This document shows positions 7,000 through 15,934 of a stretch of 57,929 nucleotides of DNA, piece by piece. The first letter of the stretch is position 1; each line of letters begins with the position of its first letter. A program made the position numbers and the translations under genes. The notes below the pieces were generated by a model. It saw only the letters and a list, made by a program, of their open reading frames with translations. It searched no databases and was not told where the DNA came from. Origin of the DNA: a virus (Duplodnaviria > Caudoviricetes); the IMG/VR virus record IMGVR_UViG_3300025009_000123, positions 1 through 57,929 of that record; one strand, 5' to 3'.

Positions 7000-8306
7000 A
7001 CAAACTCCCCCCCCAAAATATCGAAGCCGAACAAAGCCTTTTATGTGCCTGTTTATTGGAAGATCCGTCAGAGGTTTTAGACATTCTCATACCGGAAGAC
7101 TTCTATAAAAAAGCGCATGGCAATATTTTTAGGGCCATTATTAATCTGAAAAGAACAAAACAGCCTATTGACGCGCCCTTTTTATTTACCGAATTAAGAT
7201 TAATGGATTGCCTTGAAGAAAGCGGCGGGCCTGCTTATATCAGCGCCCTCCTGGATATACCCAGGGCAACAAACCTGGTTTATTATGCCAAGCTGATAAA
7301 GGCTGCGGCGGTTGGCCGCCTGATAATCGAAAAAGCCAATAATATTATAAATTCAACCTATGAAACCACGGTCACAAACGAAAACATAGTTGAAATATTA
7401 GACAAGGCACAGGCTGATATTTTAGGGATCAATTTTAACCTGGGGACGGACAACCTGACCTCTTTCCCGGATTTATGTGTAATGCGAATATTACAATATG
7501 AGGAATTATCCACAGGCAAAACATGCGGGATAAAGACGGGATTTCCAAGCCTTGATTTTCTGACGGGAGGTTTTTGGGGATCGAAGCTGATAATAATTTC
7601 AGCTCGACCGAGAACGGGAAAGACCGCGATTATGCTGAACATGTCAAAAAACATGGCGTCAAACGGGCATAGGGTGGGGATCTTTTCTGTCGAAATGGAC
7701 AAAGAAGAACTGATTGACCGACAGATATCAGCAGAAACCGATATCAACTCGATCCGATTATCAACAGGGCAAAACCTTTCAAATGAAGAATGGCGCAAGA
7801 TCCATGAATCGGCCGAGAAAATTTATAGATATTCAATTTATGTGGACGATACCGGAGGCTTAACGATTCAGGAATTAAAAAGACGCGCAAGAAAAATGGT
7901 TAAACAGGGCATCGAGATAATTTTCATCGATCAGTTGAGTAAGATCCGGGGCGGCCAGGGCAAGTCGGAATATGAACAGAGATCGTTTGTTGTCAACGAA
8001 CTCTCGACCTTAAAGAAGGAGCTGCGCATTCCAATTTGTTTATTGGCACAGATAAATAGAAACGCAGATAACCGGCAGGGATGCAAGCCAACTCTTTCAG
8101 ATTTAAAAAGTACCGGCAGCCTGGAAGAAGACGCGGATATTATTTTAATAGGGCATAGACCGTTCCTGTTTTCCAAGCAACCAGAAGACGAGGGGAAAGC
8201 AACCTGGGAACTCGCAAAACACAGACAGGGGCCGACAAGAAACATAGAAATGAGATTCGATGAAAAAACAGTAAGATTTTATGAGGTTACAACAAACTAT
8301 AATTAA
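6996..8306 (+). CDS. dnaB: Replicative DNA helicase
   Basis: PPQNIEAEQS, Walker A ARPRTGKT, FSVEM, IDQL, AQINR, DLKSTGSLEEDAD, AKHRQGP. Confidence 0.95.
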   Translation: MNKLPPQNIEAEQSLLCACLLEDPSEVLDILIPEDFYKKAHGNIFRAIINLKRTKQPIDAPFLFTELRLMDCLEESGGPAYISALLDIPRATNLVYYAKLIKAAAVGRLIIEKANNIINSTYETTVTNENIVEILDKAQADILGINFNLGTDNLTSFPDLCVMRILQYEELSTGKTCGIKTGFPSLDFLTGGFWGSKLIIISARPRTGKTAIMLNMSKNMASNGHRVGIFSVEMDKEELIDRQISAETDINSIRLSTGQNLSNEEWRKIHESAEKIYRYSIYVDDTGGLTIQELKRRARKMVKQGIEIIFIDQLSKIRGGQGKSEYEQRSFVVNELSTLKKELRIPICLLAQINRNADNRQGCKPTLSDLKSTGSLEEDADIILIGHRPFLFSKQPEDEGKATWELAKHRQGPTRNIEMRFDEKTVRFYEVTTNYN

Positions 8307-8317
8307 AGGAGCCTATT

Positions 8318-8530
8318 ATGGAAATCGCGCTTGAAGACTTGTTTGATCTCGCAGAAAAAATATCAGATGCAATCGGCATCCCGCTTGCTATTAAAAAACT
8401 TCATGATGGGTGGTATGCACATTTTGTGGGGATATCGAAGAGGGATAATGTCTTTTCGGTTTCGACGGGACCACACGATACTATAAAAGAGGCTGTTTTA
8501 GCTGCGCTTAAAGCTGTAAGGCCAGGATAA
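8318..8530 (+). CDS. Hypothetical protein
   Basis: AAGGAG RBS; lies in the operon. Confidence 0.6.
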   Translation: MEIALEDLFDLAEKISDAIGIPLAIKKLHDGWYAHFVGISKRDNVFSVSTGPHDTIKEAVLAALKAVRPG

Positions 8531-8663
8531 CCGGAAAGATTTTAAAGCTGGTAGGAGTTAAATAATCCGGCAACGGGAAACAGAAAGGAGATCGGTGAAT
8601 AGGTAAATCAAGGGCCGGGGTTTCGTGATGGTTTCCCCGGCCAAACCAAAGAGGGGAACGACC

Positions 8664-8981
8664 ATGTTTAACCCAGACCCAAAGATAATAGCGATCAGAC
8701 TATCCCCCCATAAGCTCCAAGAGCTTAAAAGAAAGCTGTACCTGGGCCGAGCTGGTGAAAGTTGCGAGACATGCGGTAAACCTCTTCGATGGTCCATAGA
8801 TGGAAAATGGGATCAATTCAAGTGCGCTCATTTATCTCATAATAAGTCAAAGGGAGCTGGCGGATCGGATACAGCGGAAAACTGTAAAATTGAGTGTTGG
8901 GAATGTCATTCAGGGAAACATGGGCCAAGGTGGAATAATGAAATTACAGAGCATGACAAAAGACAACCCGTTTTATTTTAA
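8664..8981 (+). CDS. HNH endonuclease
   Basis: CETCG...HLSH.KSKGAGGSD..EN...CWECH..KH. Confidence 0.75.
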   Translation: MFNPDPKIIAIRLSPHKLQELKRKLYLGRAGESCETCGKPLRWSIDGKWDQFKCAHLSHNKSKGAGGSDTAENCKIECWECHSGKHGPRWNNEITEHDKRQPVLF

Positions 8982-9162
8982 TTACGTATTCGGGCAATAC
9001 GACCTACAAAGAGCAAAAATCAAGTGGTGGCATTATCCGGCCCTATGGTTCAGGCAAACCTACGTTCAGGCAAGCGGCGGATATGTTTATTATTTTAAAC
9101 GAAACGGCAGGGGGCAGATATTTTTAATGAAGGTCGAAAAAATCGATAAGGAGACTAAATAA
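8938..9162 (+). CDS. Hypothetical protein
   Basis: ORF fills the gap and is coupled to the next gene; start uncertain. Confidence 0.45.
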   Translation: MKLQSMTKDNPFYFNYVFGQYDLQRAKIKWWHYPALWFRQTYVQASGGYVYYFKRNGRGQIFLMKVEKIDKETK

Positions 9163-9461
9163 TGGGCGAGGCAAGAAGACGAGAGGAATTAAGGAAAATA
9201 GGAGCGTTACCACCGCAACAACCAGGACGGGGACAAACCATCAAGGTTGACTTAACACACGCGAAACAAATCCGGTGTAAATGCGGCGGAAAGGTGTTTT
9301 TGCCCGGCGGGGTTACGTTATTTTCGGTATCAGCGATAGTATCTCCAACAGGGCAAGATCTGATCGCCAATAAACCCTGTGCGTATTGCGCCAAGTGTTT
9401 TGAGCCCATGGGGCCGGATACGACAACCATTGACGGGCAGGAAGAGGCGAAAACCCAATAA
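9162..9461 (+). CDS. Hypothetical Zn-binding protein
   Basis: MGEARRR start; CKC and CAYCAKC motifs; RBS present. Confidence 0.6.
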   Translation: MGEARRREELRKIGALPPQQPGRGQTIKVDLTHAKQIRCKCGGKVFLPGGVTLFSVSAIVSPTGQDLIANKPCAYCAKCFEPMGPDTTTIDGQEEAKTQ

Positions 9462-9505
9462 AAGCTTTATCGAAGCCGGGATCGTCTTTAAACAGGGAGA
9501 TATGG

Positions 9506-9697
9506 ATGGAAAGCAGACTGCTGGTCGGCTCTAAACAAATCTTAGAATATCTACAGATGTCAAAAACCACATTCAAGAAGTTTCTCGATCTGGGGCTGCC
9601 CGCAGTCCTGATAGATAACCGGTGGTATTCCCATAAAGACAACCTGGATGAATTTTTGAGATCCCTGACAAAATCAGCCAAGAAAAAGCAGACGTAA
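9506..9697 (+). CDS. MerR/Xis-type HTH protein, candidate late-gene activator
   Basis: LLVGSKQILEYLQMSKTTF....GLP...WYS pattern; immediately upstream of direct repeats and a promoter. Confidence 0.65.
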   Translation: MESRLLVGSKQILEYLQMSKTTFKKFLDLGLPAVLIDNRWYSHKDNLDEFLRSLTKSAKKKQT

Positions 9698-9710
9698 AAA
9701 AGCGTGTCAA

Positions 9711-9808
9711 GGTATTTATTAGGCATTTAAAGGTCGATATCGGGTATTTAATGGTCGATATCGGGCATTCTTTGAATTTCCCCAAAAATATCCCTTATAA
9801 TGCGAGCA
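9711..9808 (+). promoter_or_regulatory. Late promoter with upstream 21-bp direct repeats
   Basis: ggcatttaaaggtcgatatcg (9722-42) and ggtatttaatggtcgatatcg (9743-63), then TTGAAT-N18-TATAAT (9772-9801). Confidence 0.7.
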
Positions 9809-10126
9809 ATGGAAAAAGACCCAGACAACCCCGAAGAAATTAAGATTATAGGCCAATGTTCAGGCTTTAAAACCCTGGCCATGGGCGGGGCAAGATTTTC
9901 AATCGATTTATACGAGGGAAGAGCAAATGATTACGCATTAGCAACAGAGTTAAGCAGGCGCAGGGCGGTGGTTAGTCTTGCTATCGCACCATATACGGAC
10001 ATAAATAAAGACGAAGGACAAGACCCTGAAATCATTACCGAAAAAACCGAAAAGAAAAAGCGGAAAGCAGGTAGTTGCAAAGAATCCTCCTCCATCAAGG
10101 AAGATCACAGCCGACTCCCCGCTTAG
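9809..10126 (+). CDS. Hypothetical protein, probably on a leaderless mRNA
   Basis: ATG 7 nt after TATAAT with no SD sequence. Confidence 0.55.
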   Translation: MEKDPDNPEEIKIIGQCSGFKTLAMGGARFSIDLYEGRANDYALATELSRRRAVVSLAIAPYTDINKDEGQDPEIITEKTEKKKRKAGSCKESSSIKEDHSRLPA

Positions 10127-10619
10127 TCCAAAACAAGCCTTGTTTGTTGAAGAATATCTGAAAGACTTCAACGCACTACAAGCCGCTATAAGAGCGAAAT
10201 ACTCAAAGAGAACGGCCGGGGTTATCGGGTGTAGACTGTTAAAGAAAGTTAATATTGCTGCTCGAATTGCTCAAAAAGCGGCAGAAAGAATGAAAAAAGC
10301 TGATTTATCCGCAGACGACCTCTTGTATCAGATAAAATCAATCTGCTCCAGCGATATTCGCAGTTTTTTAAAGTTTGGGCCTGGATATGTAACCATAATC
10401 GAGTCAGACAGATTAACGCCGGAGCAGGCGGTATGTATCTCCGAGGTGGCGGAAAGCGCGAGCGAAAACAGCAGCCAGGTTAAACTAAAACTCCATGATA
10501 AAGCCAAATTTATTGATATGGGTATGAAATATCTTGGTTTATATGCTCCGGAAAAGCGCGAGTTAAGCGGTAGCCTAATCGTTGAAACGGGGGTGCGGAG
10601 GGTTGGGGATGAAGATTGA
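10026..10619 (+). CDS. terS: Terminase small subunit
   Basis: LSPKQALFVEEYLKDFNALQAAIRAKYS motif and LKLHDK. Start uncertain: CTG at 10026 proposed, versus TTG at 10140 in the track. Confidence 0.85.
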   Translation: MKSLPKKPKRKSGKQVVAKNPPPSRKITADSPLSPKQALFVEEYLKDFNALQAAIRAKYSKRTAGVIGCRLLKKVNIAARIAQKAAERMKKADLSADDLLYQIKSICSSDIRSFLKFGPGYVTIIESDRLTPEQAVCISEVAESASENSSQVKLKLHDKAKFIDMGMKYLGLYAPEKRELSGSLIVETGVRRVGDED

Positions 10620-12150
10620 TACGGGTTATCGCCCACAACCAAAACAAGAGTTGCTGCACCTATGTCAGGCAAACGAAATCCTATATGGCGGTGCTGCCGG
10701 TCCTGGCAAAAGCCATGCCCTAAGGCACGAAGGCCTGGATTGGTGTATGAGAGTCCCCGGGATTCAAGCATACTTGTTTCGCCGGACGTTCCCTGAAATT
10801 GAGAAAAACCACATAATACCATCGCTGGGTGAATTCCCGCGAGAAATCGGTCATTTTAGCAGACAGGCCCGCCGGTGGGAATTTGTAAACGGTTCGATGC
10901 TTCACTTCTGTCATTGTCAGTACGAACAAGACGTATTTAATTACCAAGGAGCAGAGATACACTTATTGCTGATCGACGAGCTCACCACGTTCACGGAATT
11001 CATTTACGACTATCTACGGGGCCGCGTAAGATGCGCCCTGGATGTTCCTGATAAATATAAACACAAAATACCCGGTATAGCCTGTGCGTCTAATCCAGGA
11101 GGCGTGGGCCATGAATTCGCTAAACGTCGATGGGTGGATTATCAAAAGCCATACGAATTAAAGCAAGCCGACTCCAAAGAGGGTGGAATGGTACGGTGTT
11201 ATATTCCGGGCAAGCTGGAGGATAACCCGATACTGATGGAGCGCGATCCAGGATATATTTCCCGACTCGACGGACTGCCCGAACCATATCGAACGGCCTA
11301 TAAAGACGGTCGATGGGATATTTTTATAGGCCAAGCCTTTGATTTTACACCTGAATACCACGTTTGTTCCCCGATGCCAATTCCAAAATATTCTCAAACA
11401 TACTCCACTTTCGATTGGGGATTCGGCGCTCCGTTTTCATGGGGCTGGTGGTGGGTGGACGCAGACGGCCGTGGATACCGTTTCGCAGAGTGGTACGGAT
11501 GGGACGGGCAGACGCCGAACCGGGGTTTGAGGTGGGAAGACTCCAGGGTAGCGGAAGAAATAAAGCGCAGAGAAGGCCTGCTATCGGAACAATATGGCGT
11601 TGATTTTAATAAGACGATCCGCTTGGCTGGCCCAGATTGTTTTCAGAAAAAACCTGATTACAGGGGTGGGGGACAAGGGCCTCCAACCGCTGAGATGTTT
11701 GCGGCTCAAGGTATATATTTATCTCCGGGAGATGCGAGCAGGGATCTGAAAATCAGGCAATTCCGAGAACGCCTGAGGGTGCCACGAGATTCGGAAGGCC
11801 GCCAAACAGGGCTCCCAATGTTGATGGTTTACGATACTTGCGATCAGTTTATCCGCACGATACCACTTCTTCAAACAGATCCAAAGAACGTGGAGTATGT
11901 GTTGGATAAAGGTGAGCTCCATTGTTTTGACGAAGCTTGTCACTTTTGCATGGCGCGCCCGATTATCGCTTTCCCGCCCCAACCGAGAATGACATCCGCC
12001 CAGGCCCACATAGCTATGATCGAGAAACCGATTCGGGAAGGATACGCGGCGGAAGCAATAGCTGAAAAGATAATAGACGAACAGTTTTGGATGCACGAAG
12101 CCAATAAAGAGGACGTCGGAACGACGTATAGTGATGTCGATGGATATTAA
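10609..12150 (+). CDS. terL: Terminase large subunit
   Basis: PQPKQ, YGGAAGPGKS Walker A, IDEL Walker B, ASNPGGVGH, FDWG nuclease motif. Confidence 0.95.
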   Translation: MKIDTGYRPQPKQELLHLCQANEILYGGAAGPGKSHALRHEGLDWCMRVPGIQAYLFRRTFPEIEKNHIIPSLGEFPREIGHFSRQARRWEFVNGSMLHFCHCQYEQDVFNYQGAEIHLLLIDELTTFTEFIYDYLRGRVRCALDVPDKYKHKIPGIACASNPGGVGHEFAKRRWVDYQKPYELKQADSKEGGMVRCYIPGKLEDNPILMERDPGYISRLDGLPEPYRTAYKDGRWDIFIGQAFDFTPEYHVCSPMPIPKYSQTYSTFDWGFGAPFSWGWWWVDADGRGYRFAEWYGWDGQTPNRGLRWEDSRVAEEIKRREGLLSEQYGVDFNKTIRLAGPDCFQKKPDYRGGGQGPPTAEMFAAQGIYLSPGDASRDLKIRQFRERLRVPRDSEGRQTGLPMLMVYDTCDQFIRTIPLLQTDPKNVEYVLDKGELHCFDEACHFCMARPIIAFPPQPRMTSAQAHIAMIEKPIREGYAAEAIAEKIIDEQFWMHEANKEDVGTTYSDVDGY

Positions 12151-12358
12151 TAAAATGTATTTTGCCCTGGCCTTACTTAATATCGCTTGCGTATGCCTCG
12201 GTTTTTATCTTGGAAGGATCACCCAGGACAAGGCAGTCGGCCCCGCGTTACCGAGAGTCTTTCCGGAGAAACCTGCGGAAGCCGATCAGGATTTGTATTA
12301 CGGCGCCATGTATGGCGGGGAAGATGAAATCATTCAAACCGTTGAGGCTAAAAAATGA
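12140..12358 (+). CDS. Small membrane protein
   Basis: One hydrophobic helix; start uncertain. Confidence 0.5.
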   Translation: MDINKMYFALALLNIACVCLGFYLGRITQDKAVGPALPRVFPEKPAEADQDLYYGAMYGGEDEIIQTVEAKK

Positions 12359-12843
12359 GTGAACTAATAGTCAAATGCGAACTATGCGACGAGATTATCT
12401 CTAAAACAACCGAGGAAGCCCTCTCGTTCCCAATGACAGGCGCCATGTTCCAATCGCCCGACCCGGAACATGGGATTCCGGCCCCGTTCGATCCTATTCT
12501 TTCCTGGGAGGATTTCAGGTGTCCACACGGTAGAACGCATCGACCATTCATAAGCCAAGAGGTAATATCGACAACTACAGGGCCTTACAGAGTGTCAAAA
12601 AATGGCGCACCCGGCGAATTTGTTGACAAAAGACCAGAAATCGACCGCGAATCAGTTATTGACAGGACGATTGTGCCGACAGATGAACAGGCTGCATCGA
12701 CTGTACGGGCCGAACTGAACAAAAACAAGGCGCCCGAAAAGAAACCAAACACCCAGGATCTGATTAAATGTGACGTTTGCGGGAGAAGTTTCCAGCAGCG
12801 AGGGTATTTGTCTCATAGGAATTCACATAAGGATAAAGAATAA
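12355..12843 (+). CDS. Zn-binding protein with a C-terminal C2H2 finger
   Basis: CELC...CPH...H; CDVCGRSFQQRGYLSHRNSH. Confidence 0.65.
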   Translation: MSELIVKCELCDEIISKTTEEALSFPMTGAMFQSPDPEHGIPAPFDPILSWEDFRCPHGRTHRPFISQEVISTTTGPYRVSKNGAPGEFVDKRPEIDRESVIDRTIVPTDEQAASTVRAELNKNKAPEKKPNTQDLIKCDVCGRSFQQRGYLSHRNSHKDKE

Positions 12844-15083
12844 TGCCTGATAAGAATCAAAGCTATGAACTCTTGCCGCCCGAAGGGGATAAGAACGTCG
12901 GTAAAAAGGTTTTCCAACTCCTTGCGGTGATCCTTAACGACAAGGTGCGTCTCGGCCTCCATGAGAAATGGAACAGGAATTATAAGTTGCGTCGGAATAA
13001 ACATTGGAAAACTAAAACGTCGGCGAGCCTTCCCCTGGTGAGTGCCAATATAACCTTTACGCATATCCAAAGGACAACGAACACCCTCACCGACAACAAC
13101 CCGACCTTTAACGTGGCCTCGGTTGGTAAAGTCGAAGAGGACCAGAAGGATGTTTGTCTCGATCTGCAGCGATCCGCCGAACATTGGTGGCTAGACCAGG
13201 AACAGCAGGACAAGCTCGAAAGCTCGGTTTTAAACGGCGAAACATACGGCATTTGTATAGAGAAGGTTGTTTTCAACGAGGATCTTGAAGGCGGCCTGGG
13301 GGATGCTCAAACCGTTATAGTCGATCCGTTCTATTTTGGTTGGTATCCGGTAGCCCTGAAAGATATCAGCGAGTTACAATCGAGCGAGGCCGTAGTCCAC
13401 TTTTATCCGAAAAGCGTTCGAAGGATGCGGGCGAAATACCCCAAGCTGGCCAATAAGATAAAACCCGACAAGGAAGTTTTAAAGGATCTCAACGACGACA
13501 GGCGGGATATCAACGCCCAGGGCGACAAGAAAACGAATAACATGCTTGTCACGATACAGACTATCGTAAAAAGTATCTCGAACTTTATATCAGGTGGCGA
13601 GTCTCTTGACGACGAGGAAACCGTCGTGTGTGAAATGTGGGTTAGGGATAACACCATGGTAAGGGATGAAAAAACCCAGACCGACGGGATAGGGAACGAA
13701 TACCTGATTGAAAAAATGAAATACACCGGCGGGATTCGATATGTCCTCGCTTGTTCCGGCGGCGTCGTCCTGGAAGACAAGGATAACCCGAACATAAATC
13801 CATCCATAGGCGAGGATGAAGCCAGGCAGACATATCTCTATGATAAGTTTCCGTTTTACGGCGCCAACTCGGTAAAGGATACGGCGAGCGCCTGGGGAAT
13901 AAGCGACCTTGAACAGCTCGAAGCCCTGAATATGGAGCTCAATAAAAGCCTGTCTCAAATGGTGCTGGAAAAGGATAAGTCGGCCAGGAGAAAGATAATA
14001 AATCCGAAGAATTCGGGGGTAGAGAATAACGAATTCACTAATTATCCGGGCATAATCAGACCGACAACAGCGGAGACCGGCGCCGGGATCAGATATCTGG
14101 AATTGCCTCAATCGAGTATTGATATCGAGAAATCAATAACCTTATTCAAGGATCTATTCTTCCTGATAGCCGGTACATTCGATCTGGACCAGGCCCAGGT
14201 CGGGAATAATGTTATAGCCTATAAAGCGATCGCGGCTCTTCTTGAACGAGCAGCAACGACAATGAGAGGGAAAATCAGGTCTTACGGGAGGCTTATCAGG
14301 GAAAGAGGCCGGATGTATATATCCCATCTCCATAACTTTTATACGGAAGAGCGCTGGATATCTTATGCCGAGAAAGACGGAGAGCAAACATCCAAGTCAA
14401 TAGTCGGAACCAGACTGATAACACCGGCGAAACTTACGGTTGTTTCCGGATCAACCCTGCCTATTTCGAGAGTGCAGCAGCGCGAAGAAGCCCTCGAGCT
14501 ATTTAAGGGAAATGCCATTGATCGGCAGGAGCTTCTTGAAAAGCTGGATTGGGGGAACAGGGCCGAGGTACTAAAAAGAATGAACGCCGGTCCTCTTGGG
14601 AGCGTTATAAACCAGATGGAACAAGCCGGAATACCGCCTCACATCATGGAATATATCAAGAATATCATCGAGATAGATCCTAAGAAGCTGCAGGCAGCTA
14701 TCGAAAAAGGCCAGTTCCCATCATTCGAACAGTTTATGACCGAATTCATGCAAGAGAAAATGCAGGGCGAACCACAGGGAAAACCCGAAGACGTTGAAAC
14801 AACCAAGGCGCGGGCCGAGGTTAAAAAGCTCGAAGCAGAAGCAGCCCTCACGACGGCACAGATCCAAACAGAAGCCGTAAAACAGGAGGTCGCGCTCGCC
14901 GGTGTTGATTTTGACGAACAGCAAATGAGGATTAAGAGGGCCGAGTCTGTTTCGAAGATGGAGAGCGATATCAAGAGCCACAAAAGGGAAGACGTCAAGA
15001 CAGGTGCGGATATAGTCAGCAAATTAACCAATGATCCCGGTTTCGTAGATCGGGGAACCAAGAGTGATAACAAGGCATTATAA
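12843..15083 (+). CDS. Portal protein (podovirus type)
   Basis: 746 aa downstream of TerL; VDPFYF, WGISDLEQL, GSTLP motifs; coiled C-terminus. Confidence 0.85.
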   Translation: MPDKNQSYELLPPEGDKNVGKKVFQLLAVILNDKVRLGLHEKWNRNYKLRRNKHWKTKTSASLPLVSANITFTHIQRTTNTLTDNNPTFNVASVGKVEEDQKDVCLDLQRSAEHWWLDQEQQDKLESSVLNGETYGICIEKVVFNEDLEGGLGDAQTVIVDPFYFGWYPVALKDISELQSSEAVVHFYPKSVRRMRAKYPKLANKIKPDKEVLKDLNDDRRDINAQGDKKTNNMLVTIQTIVKSISNFISGGESLDDEETVVCEMWVRDNTMVRDEKTQTDGIGNEYLIEKMKYTGGIRYVLACSGGVVLEDKDNPNINPSIGEDEARQTYLYDKFPFYGANSVKDTASAWGISDLEQLEALNMELNKSLSQMVLEKDKSARRKIINPKNSGVENNEFTNYPGIIRPTTAETGAGIRYLELPQSSIDIEKSITLFKDLFFLIAGTFDLDQAQVGNNVIAYKAIAALLERAATTMRGKIRSYGRLIRERGRMYISHLHNFYTEERWISYAEKDGEQTSKSIVGTRLITPAKLTVVSGSTLPISRVQQREEALELFKGNAIDRQELLEKLDWGNRAEVLKRMNAGPLGSVINQMEQAGIPPHIMEYIKNIIEIDPKKLQAAIEKGQFPSFEQFMTEFMQEKMQGEPQGKPEDVETTKARAEVKKLEAEAALTTAQIQTEAVKQEVALAGVDFDEQQMRIKRAESVSKMESDIKSHKREDVKTGADIVSKLTNDPGFVDRGTKSDNKAL

Positions 15084-15095
15084 GAGGAGATTAAA

Positions 15096-15289
15096 ATGGC
15101 AATACCGACACAGAATCCGGGCGCGACAAGCGCTATGCAGGCAAAACTTCAGCAATGAGAGGTGGACCGCCAGTACAGGCAGCAGCACCGGCCCAGGAAG
15201 CTCCGCCAGAGGGGAGCCCGATTGACACGGCAAAGATGCACCTGGTAGAAGCCCTCAAAGCACTTAACGCCATGGGAGAGGCACAGTAA
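15096..15289 (+). pseudogene. Small Pro/Ala/Gln-rich gene split by a 1-nt frameshift, or two coupled micro-ORFs
   Basis: MAIPTQ...AKLQQ* (15096-15158) overlaps MRGGPP...MGEAQ* (15155-15289); only the first has an RBS. Confidence 0.45.
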
Positions 15290-15700
15290 ATGCCTATTTA
15301 TGATTACGAATGTAAAAAATGCGGAGTCTTCGAGTCGATAGAGCGAATAAACGACACCTGGACGAGCTGCCCGACATGCGGAAAGAATTCGAAGAGGATC
15401 ATAAGCATGGGCGGGGTTAATATCGTAAATGAGGACGTCCTGCACGTAAGGCAATCGGCGGAAGCCTTGCTCGATAAAGAGTCAGCCGCCAGAGATCCAA
15501 GGCCGCACGCAAGAGATCTGGCGAAGAATCCGACCAGATCAAACCTTAAGAGGTACCTTAAGGCAGAGGGGCTCAGATATGCAGAGAATGAGGGCGGAGC
15601 GCCGCCAAGATACCGAAGACCAGAGGGGCCTGATTCCAAAGCAATCACTAATGATCTGTATAAAAAGCACCGAGAGCGAGAGGCGATAGAAATCAGATAA
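15290..15700 (+). CDS. FmdB-family zinc-ribbon protein
   Basis: MPIYDYECKKCG..FE...CPTCG...RIIS signature. Confidence 0.8.
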   Translation: MPIYDYECKKCGVFESIERINDTWTSCPTCGKNSKRIISMGGVNIVNEDVLHVRQSAEALLDKESAARDPRPHARDLAKNPTRSNLKRYLKAEGLRYAENEGGAPPRYRRPEGPDSKAITNDLYKKHREREAIEIR

Positions 15701-15792
15701 TGAGTGAAGACGCAAAACAAATATGCAGAGTTTTGATAAGAGGTTTTAAGATGATTGTAAAGTTGTTGGAGGAATTGGTGGAACAAAAATAG
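15700..15792 (+). CDS. 30-aa amphipathic peptide
   Basis: TAATG-coupled; MSEDAKQICRVLIRGFKMIVKLLEELVEQK. Confidence 0.5.
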   Translation: MSEDAKQICRVLIRGFKMIVKLLEELVEQK

Positions 15793-15858
15793 CCCATAAA
15801 TAACTGCCCCTATCCCTCGAAAGACGCATAGAGAGGCAAGTCAACCGCGCCACATACC

Positions 15859-15907
15859 AAGGCCCCGTTGAGTCAGAAAACATCTGATTTAACCGGGCCT
15901 TTTTTTA
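15859..15907 (+). terminator. Long hairpin plus U-tract immediately before the scaffold gene
   Basis: aaggccccgttgagtcaga-aaaca-tctgatttaaccgggcctt followed by a T run. Confidence 0.7.
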
Positions 15908-15934
15908 TTCAACCAATAAAGGAGAAAAAAACAA

